A DNA stretch of 42,388 nt from Octopus bimaculoides (GCF_001194135.2 NC_068986.1:8640128-8682515), one strand, 5' to 3'. Positions 23,812 to 36,827 are shown, numbered from the stretch's first letter. The notes: generated by a model from the letters alone, not told the origin. Numbers and translations: made by a program.

Positions 23812-24674
23812 TTTATCTTTATTTATATGGGTACGTATGTATACGTATTGATGTTAGATGTGTTATGTCTATAAAACTAGGCTTCGTTTCTGAATGTCTG
23901 AACACATTAGTTAAATACTCGCTCTCAACTTGACGTCTGCTTTTGTTTTGCTTTTTTGTTATTGAACAGTTTTGTCGATTTGTTTTACATGACAAATTAA
24001 CTCACAGTTGTATGTGTGATAGATACATTTCTATTCAAACAATGCAAAATTTGGTAGAAGCCGAGTAAATCTTATTGAAATGAGGATTATGCGGTGATAT
24101 GTATATATGTAACCGAAACCTCGCCTTTCTGTGCCCTTCTCTATGTCAAACTATAGAAATTTCGATAAGTAATCATTTTAAGGACAAAAAAGAAGGACGG
24201 TAACACTCCGAAACTGGGACTTGGAAGAAGAATCTTTAGAAAATAAGGAAAATGCTCTCCTCCCAAAGCAATTCCGACCACCTATCTACAGATCGATACT
24301 TTGTAGTAATATATATTTGGTATCATCAAAATGATGAAATATATTAAATAAAGGTTTAAAAAAACATTATTCTTAATTTAAATGTAACTCAAGATATAAC
24401 AGGTTTGTTGTGTTTTTTCTTTTTTGCAATTTTGCAGCTTTTCAGTTACACGCGTTTGATTTGCATAAATAATACAAGAGCGGTAGTTTTTCAGAACTTC
24501 TAAGCATCAAACTCTTTTACCATTATTAGTCTGTCCACCTTTCAACTGATTCTCTTCACGTTCTCTCCCAGCATCAAATCCACACTTCACTTCCTAATAA
24601 TCAATTCTGGATTTAAATGACAACACTTCTACATACTTTCTGTCTTCTTTCTTTCTTTCTTTCCTTCTCTCTTT

Positions 24675-24705
24675 CTGAAGAAGAACAAGTGTCCGAAACG
24701 TTAGA
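24675..24705 (+). ncRNA. Candidate minimal type-I hammerhead ribozyme core (Penelope pseudo-LTR type)
   Basis: CTGAAGA (24675-24681), A, GAAC/AAGT/GTCC (stem II with one mismatch), GAAA (24695-24698), CGT, T, AGA. ACGT is palindromic (stem III); AGA can pair with upstream TTT (stem I). Confidence 0.45.
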
Positions 24706-24814
24706 CTTTCATTCCTCCCCACGACATAAGGTTTATTCCACTGTTTTAATATATATATACATACGCACGAACACACACACACACACATACACGCATACAT
24801 ACATACAAACATAC

Positions 24815-24860
<46 letters not shown>

Positions 24861-26606
24861 TGAAAACAAAACAAATAATGTTATTCCGAAAGCTTTTAAT
24901 ACGTACATTTCAGATGGTTACGTAATATATAGGAAATAATTCCTTTATTAGACGAAAAAAAATATCGCCAAGATAGATTTTTCGGCTTGTTTATCGGATG
25001 GCATGTAGATATTTTTTGCCTGTTTTTTTACTCGTATTTCACTGCGAACAGAGCACGAGTGAAAGATCGAACTTGAATTTCGATCCCATTTAGAAGTATA
25101 TACTCCTCCTTTTCCTCCTCTTCCTCTCCTTGCCATAGATTAATACGAAGCTAATGGCTCTCTAAGCCCGCCGAATAGGGGCATTGTAAGCGAATTGTAT
25201 ATATCAATATACATTCAGACGTACAAATATATGTGTGAACGTGCGTGTGTGTATGTATGTTTATGCAAAATGTACACACTAATACCATATTTTGTTGTTT
25301 GACCTAATTTTAAAAACATATTAGCGTCTTAATTTTCTGTGCCACATTCTTCCTTGATATTTAAATCACGAGAAGTGAATCATTTTCACTGTATTATGTA
25401 TTTATCATGAACATTCTGGATTACCACTCTTTGCAAAACAACTTCTCAGTTTTAGGACAATATCTCTTTTATCTTCAGTACAATTTAGCCAAACAATTAA
25501 TTTTCTTTGTTGTCTTTACATTATTAATCAGTAAAACAAGTCGACTGGTTTAGCATCCAGCTATAATCATTTAAAGATCTTCTAAAAATCAATACTATTT
25601 ACTCACCTCTACAACATTACAATTCTTTAATCTTTCCTGTACACATCATGTCTGAGACCATCCTTAATGTTCAACAGAAAATCGGTTTCTATTATTTTCT
25701 AAAGTATTGGTAATTTTCATAAAAAATTCATTGTGATAATATCATTGTTTCAGAGTGTATATGTGTCCATAAACAGCTGCGAAGCATGATGACTTTTAGA
25801 CGAATGGAGTTAGCAGATGTGTTTCGATTCTTTGTTGAAATAGCTTAACACAGTTTCACGAAAACAGATTCTCTTTATCCCACCTCTTTCATTTTGTTTC
25901 ATGATATAAATAACTCTATTGTCCACCAGAAACAACAAAATATTATTCCAAGTTATTCTTGACGAACCAAGAAATAAATGACTGCATTATTCTTTAGGTC
26001 TCCTTCAGGGAATTAGGCTGGGAAGTGAATAATTACAGTAACCACTTCTTTTCTAAAGACACCGCCAAACACTCTTTCTACGACAGTATCACACATGTGA
26101 AATATTCACAATCCTACCAGAACTCTCAAAAGTTAGAAACCCCCTTTAAACCGTGGCCTACCATTTTGAAAAGACGCAAAGCAGGGATTGCAATTTCGGA
26201 TAGACTCGTTCTGGAAATAAAACGGAATCGTCAAAGCTTTAATCTTTTAATTTCTGGTCTGGGGTTTCTACTTGATCGTGGCTGATTTATGACTTCGCAT
26301 CTGTTATATTCCCGCACCCTTCCCCGATACTCTTTTCAATATTCGCTTCTACAAAGAAATTATGTTCCCCGATTCGCTGCCGTATTGCGCTTTGAAAACA
26401 ACTCCTTCATAGCACTGGGCGTTACTTGAGAGTCATAGACACCTCCAGGCGAGTTGTCTCGCTTGTCTATGCCTCTTTCATGTGCTTTAACACCCAGCGT
26501 AATGAGTGAGTCGTCCCCCCAGGCGCTATGCCGTAGCGAACCGGCGAACAGGAAAAACACATACACTCAGTACGCGCGGTCGATAATATATATATTTGTG
26601 TGTATG

Positions 26607-26637
<31 letters not shown>

Positions 26638-26670
26638 ATATGCACATATATACATACATATATAAATATG

Positions 26671-26712
<42 letters not shown>

Positions 26713-27206
26713 TATATATAGAGAGAGAGATTTATATATACATGCCTGTATGTATGTATACATGTGTGTGTGTGTATGGCTTGGGCTTGTATTAGACAAA
26801 GCTCAGTGCCATGCTTTGTTGACTACAATTGAGTAAATCGGCTTTTGTGTATTAATTATGCTTATTCTATATTCTTTGGCAGAGACTAAACTGGAAATGT
26901 CAAAATGGCGACGGTTAGAACTGGAAGGGCTTACATATGTAATATATTCTGCTTGTTCAGCCGCCGACGCCACCCTTAACATATAATGCGGCTATTGTTG
27001 TGTAAAATCTATGGAGATCGTTAACCCAAGAAAAATATCATAGAAAGTAGCGAGAGAATGGTAAAATGGTAATAGTTTAAAGATATTCATTGAAAATGGT
27101 TAACATCAATGATTCGTTTACTTATCATTTGTTAACAGAAAGCGAAACCGTATGCAGTCCAGTTAGAGAATGCTTCATTATGTTCCACTACCTAGCCCTA
27201 TAGGTA

Positions 27207-27620
27207 CAGGCGTTGCTGTGTGATAAGAAGCTTCTTCCCAATCACATGGTTCTGGGTTCAGTCCCTCTGTGTAGTACTGTTGGCCAGTGTCGTCAGCTAT
27301 AGCCTCCAGCCGACCAAAGACTTGTGAATGGATTTAATAGATGGAAACAGAAAGAAGCCCCTTATATATGAGTGTGTGTTTGTGTCTGCGTGCGAGTCTT
27401 TGTGCCCGTTTGTCCCCCACTACTACCTGACAACCGTTGCTAGTGTCCTTAATGCCCCGTAACTTAGCCGTTCGGTAAAAAAAAACGATAGGATAAGTAC
27501 AAGGCTTTTGAAACAATAAGTACTGTGTTTGATTCATTCAACCAAAAACAAATTTTTCGAAGCGATGCTCCAGCATGACCGCAGTCTAATGACTGAAACA
27601 AACAAAAGGTAAAGGATAAG
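27207..27620 (+). mobile_element. tRNA-derived SINE family D
   Basis: CAGGCGTTGCTGTGTGATAAGAAGC...GGTTCTGGGTTCAGTCCC head. Homologous to 15291-15670. Confidence 0.8.
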
Positions 27621-28014
27621 TTCTAGACCCATCGACGACACACTTGAATTGCGGGATCGATAAAATATTTTCGATAATAAAGTAGGATCGTGCGATCAAT
27701 ATTGGTTTGTGCAACATGCACGGAATTTTAAAATTGGAAAGAAGTCTTTCGGAAGTAATAAATGACAGCTAATTATTAGCGGAATGTTTGACTTGAGACG
27801 TTGCTCGTCATCTCACACCTCACTGAATACTAGAAGATGTGCTTGAAATATAAAACATGGCTAATTAGTTAGTTAGGTTGACAGCTTAAAGGACACACAG
27901 TTGACAGCTAAAGCTGGCACTGTTTTTCATTTAAAGATATTCAAGTATCAGGTACTGAAGCAGAGAAATGCGGGGAAAGGAGTGATATTCTGCGTCGGCG
28001 AAAGATAGACACGG

Positions 28015-28072
28015 AAACATTATGTCGTGAGAAAGAATGGAAGTCTAACGTTTTGATTACCTGAACTTCACC
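28015..28072 (-). mobile_element. Second, more degenerate copy of the 24675-24734 (PLE pseudo-LTR-like) sequence
   Basis: The reverse complement AAACGTTAGACTTCCATTCTTTCTCACGACATAATGTTT matches 24696-24734 AAACGTTAGACTTTCATTCCTCCCCACGACATAAGGTTT. Confidence 0.65.
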
Positions 28073-28399
28073 TGCTCTGTTAAACTGTTTGGATACCTGA
28101 ACAGTGCTGAATAAAGAAACACCCAGCTCACACAGTAGAGTGGTTGGCGTTATGAATGGCATCCAACCGTAGAAACCATGCCAAGGCCCTGGAGCTCAGT
28201 GAAGTCTTTTGGTTATGTCGGTTCCTCTCAAACGGGCCAACCCAAGCTAACATGGAACACGAATGTTGAATGCTGACGATGGCGATGACGATGTTGATGA
28301 TGATGACGACGATGACGATGATAATAATGGCGATGATCTTCAGAAAGAGCGACAGTGTGTATACATAGGAGTGTTGTTGTTTAGTTTAAATCATTATTA

Positions 28400-29622
28400 A
28401 TGAGGGACGTAGAAGAATGATATTGAGAACCTGGTTGAGTCAAACGGTTTTTTCATAATCTTTTCAGATGATTTTCAGCAACTTGTGTCTCCGTGAAATA
28501 TCATTAATTTGATACAACTTGTTTTTCAATCCTTGTTGAATTGCTTATCCTTCATTTTCACAATTAACAAATAAATATTAGTTCTTCATTCTTATTTTAC
28601 AACTTTGATAATGGGTGATGAAAAAATGGCAGTTAGACTCATTTTATGCAACCTAAGAAAAGAAGAACTGAATGTAAGGGCAGCGACAAAAGAAATTGAT
28701 GATATGGAAGGCTCAGGAACTGTCAATAAACGTGTGGCACAAAACTGGTTCAGACGTTTCAAGGACGGTGATACCAGCCTCGAAGACAAACCCAGCTCAG
28801 GGAGACCTTCTGTAGTGGAAGATGAGATCTTACTTGAAATGTTTGAACAACAGCTAAGCACAAGCACTCGTACATTGTCCTCAGTACTTGGTCCTTCACA
28901 TAGCACCGTAAATCTCGACACCTCCATCGCTCGGTCTTGTGAACAGACACTATCAAGAAGCTACTCCTGAACTGACCAATGACCAGGTTCAACGACGTGT
29001 GAACATTTGCAAACAATTGCTTGCAAATCCCTGAGGTGCTTGTTTTGGGCGTCGAATTGTAATTGGGAACGAAAATTGGATCTGCAGTTAAGGTGACAAT
29101 CTCAGTGTTTTGGGAGATCCAAAATACATTGTTCTTGTTGACTATCTTCAAAAGAGCCACACCATCAAGGAAGAGTACTATACCAACTTGCCGAGGCAGT
29201 TACGAAAGGCTATCAATGACCAATCACCCAGGAAAACTGATGAAAGGGGCCTTGCTTCATCAGGACAATGCTCCAGCACACAAGTCCTTGGTTCAATGGC
29301 TGCTGTGCATAACTGTGATCTTGAACTGGTTGATCAGCCCCCCGTTCTGTTGATTTGGCCTCATCTGGCTAGCATCTGTCCCCTAACATGAAAAACACTT
29401 GGCTGGGAACCAATATCAAAGTGATGATGTTGTCCCATCTGCTTTTGATGACTTTTTTGACCAACAGGACGAGAGCTTCTTCACCAGCGGGATCCAAGCA
29501 CTGCAGCACCAATGAAAGAAGTGTGTGGACAGCAAGGAGGACTGTGTAGAAAAATAAACCTCATTTGATCACATTCCATGAGAATATCTCGGGCAGCCTA
29601 TTAACTTTTCAGCCGACCCTCG
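28400..29622 (+). mobile_element. Mariner (DD34D) transposon, decayed, internally deleted and apparently chimeric
   Basis: HTH region MGDEK...WFRRFKDGDTSLEDKPSSGRP (from ~28611); PELTNDQVQRRVNICKQLL...RRIVIGNENW (first D motif, degenerate); then SAVKVTISVFW, LLHQDNAPAHK, PPCSVDLASS, KKCVDSKEDCVEK*. The right end CTTTTCAGCCGACCCTCG is followed by TA (29623-29624); the left end is TA-ATGAGGG (28398-28406). Confidence 0.9.
28611..29558 (+). pseudogene. Mariner transposase pseudogene
   Basis: Frameshifts near 28910, 29110, 29230 and 29340, in-frame stops, and a ~40-aa segment missing after the first catalytic motif (junction ~29080). Confidence 0.85.
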
Positions 29623-29634
29623 TACATATATATA

Positions 29635-29708
<74 letters not shown>

Positions 29709-31846
29709 NNNNNNNNNNNNNNNNNNNNNNNNNNNNNNNNNNNNNNNNNNNNNNNNNNNNNNNNNNNNNNNNNNNNNNNNNNNNNATTAGCAGATGTACT
29801 CAACTGATTTGGTTCTACAGAAATCGTGTTCTCAAAGTTGTCCCTCAGGTTTTTAATAAAATACAATTCCCAATAGACGAAATGTGCCAAGTTCCGTATT
29901 ACAAGGCAGTTTACCTCTTGTTCATTCCTAAGATTGGTATTGTGAGGAGGTAAACACCCAAAAAAACACTGTAAATTTGCCTGGACGAATCATAAAGAAT
30001 TCCATTTGGTTCCACATGACGGACACATGAAAATGCTGGAATGGTATCCATTGAGTGACATCTTAAAATGGAGTTTAAAGAAATAAACATTTTTATGGCA
30101 AAGTAGAGCAACATGATTGAGCAAGTTTCGGCGTTGCATGATTATTGACTGAACTATTCCAATGTAGAACACCTGGTCTTCATTGCATTCCATGTTTATT
30201 TCTTCGTGTTGGCAAATATAAATAACAGACAATTCTTGGTACTCCATAGGTAGAGAAATGACCAGAATCGCCCACCACTTCCTCTTCGTGAGGACAAAAT
30301 ATCCCATGCTGCGAGTGATTCCTAACAGGAGATTTTTGTTGAGGAAATCACAAATGATGTTGAAATGTTCGCTGGATTATTTGTTGAAAGCTAAGTTCAC
30401 AAACTAACAGAGTACACTTGCACGCTGGGTACATGATACGGAAAAAAGTGCATGGAGTGGGAATGAAATGGGTGCTAAAACATTTAGCGTTGATGAAAAT
30501 AAAACAGTTTGTGTGAAAACTGAGAATGTAAATGACAAATGAGTGTTTTGACAGAAACAAAATTACTATTGTAAATCACGTCAACAGCGAAAAATTCCAT
30601 ATTCGCTATTAATATATTTTCTATACACGATGCTCTTCTAAACGATAACACGAGATATTTTGTTTTAAAAAAAATCATCACATACCACGTCATAAGTTCG
30701 ACGTCTAACAATTAATACAAAGAATGTCGGCGTGTGGGGAGCTTAATAAGGCAATAATAGTAAAGATTGGTCTCTACATTTCTAACACAAAGGGTACAAG
30801 ACTTGGTTGAGGAAGATCGGACAGAATGTAATAAACCGTTTGTGGAAAAAACAACAAAATCGTCATAAGAAAATAAAGTTACGAATGATGAAAATATAAA
30901 ATATAATTGGAGGAGGAAGTTGTTTGGAATCAGTAAAGTATGTCGGTGAGAGTGAGTTGAATTGCGGTGAGAAGCAGGAAGATGGTGATATTTCCAACTC
31001 ATTGCAGTAACTACATTCACTGGCAGATAAAAAAGATACGGTAACAACAACAACAACGAACACACTGACGACATAGAAGTTGATTAGGTTGAACAACGAG
31101 AATGGAATGCTCTTATGTGACCAACAATTCCGTGAATTGAATTCCGACAATTATAAATTCTGGCTTGGGTAAGAAGACGAAGTGTAAGTAACAACATTTG
31201 TTATAGAAGAGTAAGTTAATATCACTAGAAATACTGACAGGAAAATCCACCATTGCAACATTATAGAAGATAAGTATCGCCTTTGTAGTGTTTTCTGGAA
31301 CAATAGAGCACGTTGTATCAGTGAAATCTACTTGGAAGTACAATAATGAAACAAAAATACTTCTATATACGCCGGACCAACAAATCTCAACTCCTTTATC
31401 TGTGATATTTAATGAGCTTCTACCTGTCTTAGAAAATGACAATACGATAATCCTGTGGAACATGACTACCAGCAGCTAAGATTAGCGATAAATGTGACAA
31501 TGGCATAGTAATTATCGATGCAGCAACAGCAAATGTCTGTATTGTTGTGATGAAGAGAAGTAAAAGAAGCGGAATTAGATCGATTTTCTTGTTGAATTAC
31601 AAATATTACGCCTGTTAAAAATGTGTCTATCAGACCTTTTGTTATTTATGCAGCTGGAATGATGAAGGCATTGCCTTTGTTGACTCAAAGGATAGACATC
31701 GACAGGTTTCAGGAAGAAGCACTACAAGGACCTGTGAAAAAGATATTACCGTTTGTTATCACTCAGAATCTGTTAGCTTTTATCTTAATGTTTGGGTACC
31801 TTTCCGAAATGTACCAAATTCTTTTGACGTAAGAAAGATAAATGTT

Positions 31847-32020
<174 letters not shown>

Positions 32021-32026
32021 AAGTTA

Positions 32027-32104
32027 ACAAGTGTCACATTAGTCTGCTGGCTGTGGGCAGCTGACACTTTCCATCATACCCAGCAAAATAAGCGGTGAGT
32101 CTTC
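32027..32104 (+). mobile_element. R4/Dong 3' UTR fragment (same family as 4894-5170)
   Basis: ACAAGTGTCACATTAGTCTGCTGGCTGTGGGCAGCTGACACTTTCCATCATACCCAGCAAAATAAGC closely matches the reverse complement of 4914-4982. Confidence 0.8.
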
Positions 32105-32337
32105 AAAAAAGAAGAAGCAGAAGAAGNNNNNNNNNNNNNNNNNNNNNNNNNNNNNNNNNNNNNNNNNNNNNNNNNNNNNNNNNNNNNNNNNNNNNNNNNN
32201 NNNNNNNNNNNNNNNNNNNNNNNNNNNNNNNNNNNNNNNNNNNNNNNNNNNNNNNNNNNNNNNNNNNNNNNNNNNNNNNNNNNNNNNNNNNNNNNNNNNN
32301 NNNNNNNNNNNNNNNNNNNNNNNNNNNNNNNNNNNNN

Positions 32338-32411
<74 letters not shown>

Positions 32412-33710
32412 GTGCATGCGCGTAAAGAACTCGAATAGGGTTTAAAATTTACTACAGCTGCTTTGGTACAGAATTTTTTTGATGTATTCATAGATTACAT
32501 CAGAGCATAAATCCACCATCTTCAGGTGAAATTTTAAACAGGTATAACTAGATGAAATAAGAGCTTGATGATGTCCAATCCAACAAGCAACATGAAGAAT
32601 AAGTATATACCTGAGAAGAGAAAAGAAGAAATGCTTTGAGAGTTTTAACATGAATAAAAAAAAGGAAACATTCATACGTTGATGCGTTACTGTTGCGATG
32701 TGTCATCGGTAAATTGATATAAGGGGGTGAGATCATAACATTTGGTTATTTCTTTACGGCATATGCATCTATACGATCACCATCTAAACAAGGAAGCAAC
32801 TTTCATAATGCTGTGATCCAAAGTCCACTTCGGTATAGCAATGTAGTTAGTCAGACAAGACACGACTACCTATGACCCACTACCCCACCTGCTCGACGTC
32901 ACAGTATTTGTAACGACTATCACTTACCACTCGCCACGTGGAAAGGGGTGTTTCGTTATTACTATTATCCCCATAGTACATAACTAAAAGTCGACTACTT
33001 CTAGACTACTATGGGAGAGAAAAGACAACAACAACTACAGCTACTACTACTGATAGTGCTCTGTTACTATCGCTACAACTACTACTACTTCTGCTATAAC
33101 AATTACTACTAATGCTACTTCTACTAGTGAAACTTATAGACCACTACTACAACGGTCACTACCATTACTGCCGTTATTATTATTGCCACCACCTTTAAAC
33201 AATTCCCACTGCTAATAGCAACATCGCTAGTAAGGAACATAAGACGACTGCCGCTACTGAAACTGTTACTACTACTACCACTACTACAACCCGGCGGCCA
33301 GCAGAAGGTAAACGACCGGCACCATGTGAACTTTGGAAGAAAAACTTCCAAAGCTAACATCATAAAAGATTAATTCAATTTATTTCGATTTATTTCCCCA
33401 TCTCTTGCAGCCTGACTATCCTGACTTAAAGCAATTGAAACCGGTAGCGTATTTGGACAAAAATAGCTTTCCCTTCTTTTATTAATAAAGTTCTCTAAGC
33501 ATTCTCTTCTTTTTTTCTTAATGTGAATTTACTCGCATGAATCTATTTAACCTTTTCTATATATACATACATGCATAAACACACACGCATGCACACGCAC
33601 ACGCACACACAAACACACGTATACATACGCATAACTTTCTCTCTCTCTCTCTCTACCTTTCAGCCCCCCTCTCTCCATCTCATCTCGGTCTCTCGGTCTC
33701 TCTCTCGCTG

Positions 33711-33759
<49 letters not shown>

Positions 33760-34537
33760 NNNNNNNNNNNNNNNNNNNNNNNNNNNNNNNNNNNNNNNNN
33801 NNNNNNNNNNNNNNNNNNNNNNNNNNNNNNNNNNNNNNNNNNNNNNNNNNNNNNNNNNNNNNNNNNNNNNNGTGTGCGTGTGTGTGTGTGTGTGTTCTGT
33901 GCGTGCGTACGTGTGTGTGTGGGGGTGGGGTGAAAAGCTAATCTTGAAAAATACATATTATCACTCAAAAAAATAACTATCTAGAAAGGGAGTGAAACTT
34001 CAACAATCGTTGTTATGCTTGGTTGAGTTCTGGCAATTGTTAGATAAAAACTGACCGTTTGTTATTATTTTTGCGAAATAGGACAATTAAAAATATTCCT
34101 AGGCATAAAGAAAAAATATGAAGCGTGAAATATGGTTGGTTGAACGCCACTCTAATTGCTTGTTGAACGAATCTATTAGCTCAAAATAGCTTCGGCTGCT
34201 TGATGTAACGCTGCTATACAAACTAAACTTCAAAACTAGTTTTTGCACTCTTTCTAATACATAAAAGCCTTGCTTAAACACCAACCTGACGTTTATTTTA
34301 GGACTTTTACAAGGCAGCCAATATTACATTTCAAACGAAAGCCTTATATTTTCTAACCATTACCAAAGCGATCGAAGAAGCATTGATTTTTGTTTTTTAC
34401 ATGAATATGAGTCATGTTTTTTGTGCGAAGGAAAACACGATGTTGTGACGTTGATCCTTTCCTAATAGACACTGGTGATGTTGCAGAAATAAAAGATTTT
34501 TAAACCCCCAACATTATCATAATCAGTTGTTTCATTT

Positions 34538-34680
34538 GTGCGAAGGCGTGTGGCCTGGTGGTTAGGGTGTTGCACTCACGATCGGCAAATCGTCAGTTCG
34601 ATTCCAGAACTGGGTGACGTGTTGTTTTCTTGCGCAAAATACTTCATTTCATGTTGTTCTGGTGCTGTGTGGAGACTGAC
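34538..34680 (+). mobile_element. tRNA-derived SINE family B head and partial body
   Basis: GTGCGAAGGCGTGTGGCCTGGTGGTTAGGG (A-box)...AGTTCGATTCC (B-box)...GTGTTGTTTTCTTGCGCAAAATACTT. Confidence 0.75.
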
Positions 34681-34879
34681 ATGTCAAAGAAGGGACCCAA
34701 CGTTTTCTCTGCTAGGATTTGCACTCCGACCTCGTAAGACCCTCTCCAGCAACGACTACCCAGACAGACCCATGGGTTAGAGGGTTGTCGCCTGGGTGGT
34801 GCAAAGGTGTCATCCGTGGATGCAGCGACGCACGGTTACAGTACATGCCTCCATACAATTATAACTTGCAGTAAAAGCT

Positions 34880-34929
34880 ATCACGAAAGAGAGGTCAGCT
34901 GTCACGAAAGAGGTCAACTGTCACGAAAG
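34880..34929. repeat. Short tandem repeat, about 2.5 units of 19-21 bp (TCACGAAAGAG(AG)GTCA(G/A)CTG)
   Basis: TCACGAAAG occurs three times. Confidence 0.8.
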
Positions 34930-36279
34930 CCGTTTTAATTTTCATTTCGATTATTTATGGAACTAATGTCTTTTAGAGAAGGATTACATGTCACACAATC
35001 TCAAACTTCCACTTCCACACACGCACACTCACACACACAAACACACACATACATTCATATGTATATATGCATGTTCTCTTTTTAATTATTGAAAATCTTC
35101 CCATGGGGAAGGAACTGATTTATAACAAAGATAGAAAGATCCATCGTTGGAATCTAAGTGTTTTCGTTTTAGGTAGCTGTGGTCTACGTCTCTGTTTATG
35201 TAGAAATTATGTGTGCTTGTTAGTATTTTTCGGGTTTTCACATCAATGACTCGGATCTCATCAAGCGTCCAATCAAGCTGTATGTATGTATGTATGTATG
35301 TATGTATGTATGTATGTATGTTTGTATGTTTGTATGTATGTAGGTATGCATGTATGCATGTATGTACGTACATATGTATGTATAAATGGATGGATGAATG
35401 GCTGAATGGATGTTTGCATGCATGTATGTATGCATGAATGTCTCTTAGGAAACTTAGACTGGAGAAAATTTACTCGACCAGCAAAACTCTTAGAAGACAA
35501 GAAATAAGGAAACTTGAGTTTGAGAGGAAATTCCTTAATGAATTAAAATCTTGTAGAATGGTAAACAAGATAGTCGTTGTAGGAGGGCTCTCAGAAACGA
35601 AAACCTAACATCTTTTCCTCTTCAAAATGGTTCCCTCAACAACTGATACACCACTCTATTTTTTCCTTTTCCTCTTTTTCTTTGCTAGTTTCGGAACGCA
35701 TTTTCAGAAGCAGTGTGAATTTTCTTCAAACTCTTCTATCTTCTAAAATCGGTGGCATTTCAGGATGAATTTCAACTTAACGAACAAAAATAAAAACATT
35801 CGCAGGAACCAAATCCAAAACACAAAAACATGAGTTGAACAAGTTTAGCAGTTCTTCCACCGCTGTAAAGAATTCGTGTACAGTACAACTTCGTTGATAG
35901 GGTACAAACCATAAATATTCTGGCCTGTAAGGAGACACCGTAGACACATTGAGAAATCTTCAGTTAGACAACCAACTGGGAAATGTTAAAGATGTGTTAA
36001 GTCAAATTGTTTTCAGATTTCAACTTGGAGTCTCATTTAAACACGTCAAGACAATTTAATGGTGTCTGGTTTTCAGTTTGTTTATTTTTTTATTTTCCCT
36101 CGTTTTGTTTGTTTGTTTTTAAGCCAATGATGTCTCTTAATAGCAGCAGTTTTTTCCAGACATTTCTCTTAAAATATTGTTTTAATTGCTCGACTTGTCG
36201 GCTCTAGTATTAATTATTTCTTCATCATGACAAGTAAATTAATTGACAAGCTAACGAAGGCCTCTACGTGATTACTTGA

Positions 36280-36430
36280 GTTACTAGAAAAAGCAGCTTA
36301 ATCTCCTTTAAACCACACCTGACTATCTTTTAAGAAAGGCACCGCTCGAGAAAAGTACGAGGTGAACATGGTTTGATTATCTTTGATCATAGGTTTGGTC
36401 GACTAGGATTGACCCAGGGTTAAACAACAG
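36280..36430 (+). mobile_element. Unclassified interspersed repeat family E (degenerate)
   Basis: Similar to 17248-17418. Confidence 0.5.
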
Positions 36431-36734
36431 TAGCCAAGATTATATTTCCGAAGAACATGGAGTAAAATATAAAGGCTCACATTGTTTCGATATAACATGA
36501 TAAATGAATTAATAGTCAACAGTTTAGCAGTTCAAATCACGCCAAAACTTGTCACGTCTTTATTATATTCAGGGTCGACAAAATAAATATTTAATCAATG
36601 ATTAACGGTGAAAACAGATCAATAAACATTTGCATGATTGAGTGTTTAGCGTCAGAAAACTAATCTTAAACCTCGTGTTAACATTGAGGTATAAAAAAGC
36701 TTAATCTGTTTTAGGTGCATGGCAACGAACATCA

Positions 36735-36751
36735 TCATCAACAGCAGCAGC

Positions 36752-36826
<75 letters not shown>
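36735..36826. repeat. (CAT)(CAG)(TAG)n microsatellite
   Basis: Direct reading. Confidence 0.9.

Positions 36827-36827
<1 letters not shown>

Noticed and set aside
32027-32104. Apparent exon ending in a GTGAGT donor and shared with 4914-4982
   Set aside because: It is explained as the R4/Dong 3' UTR, since the partner copy lies directly after the Dong ORF stop.
33040-33360. Thr-rich, mucin-like reading frame
   Set aside because: It is a degenerate (ACT/CTA)n microsatellite with frame breaks.
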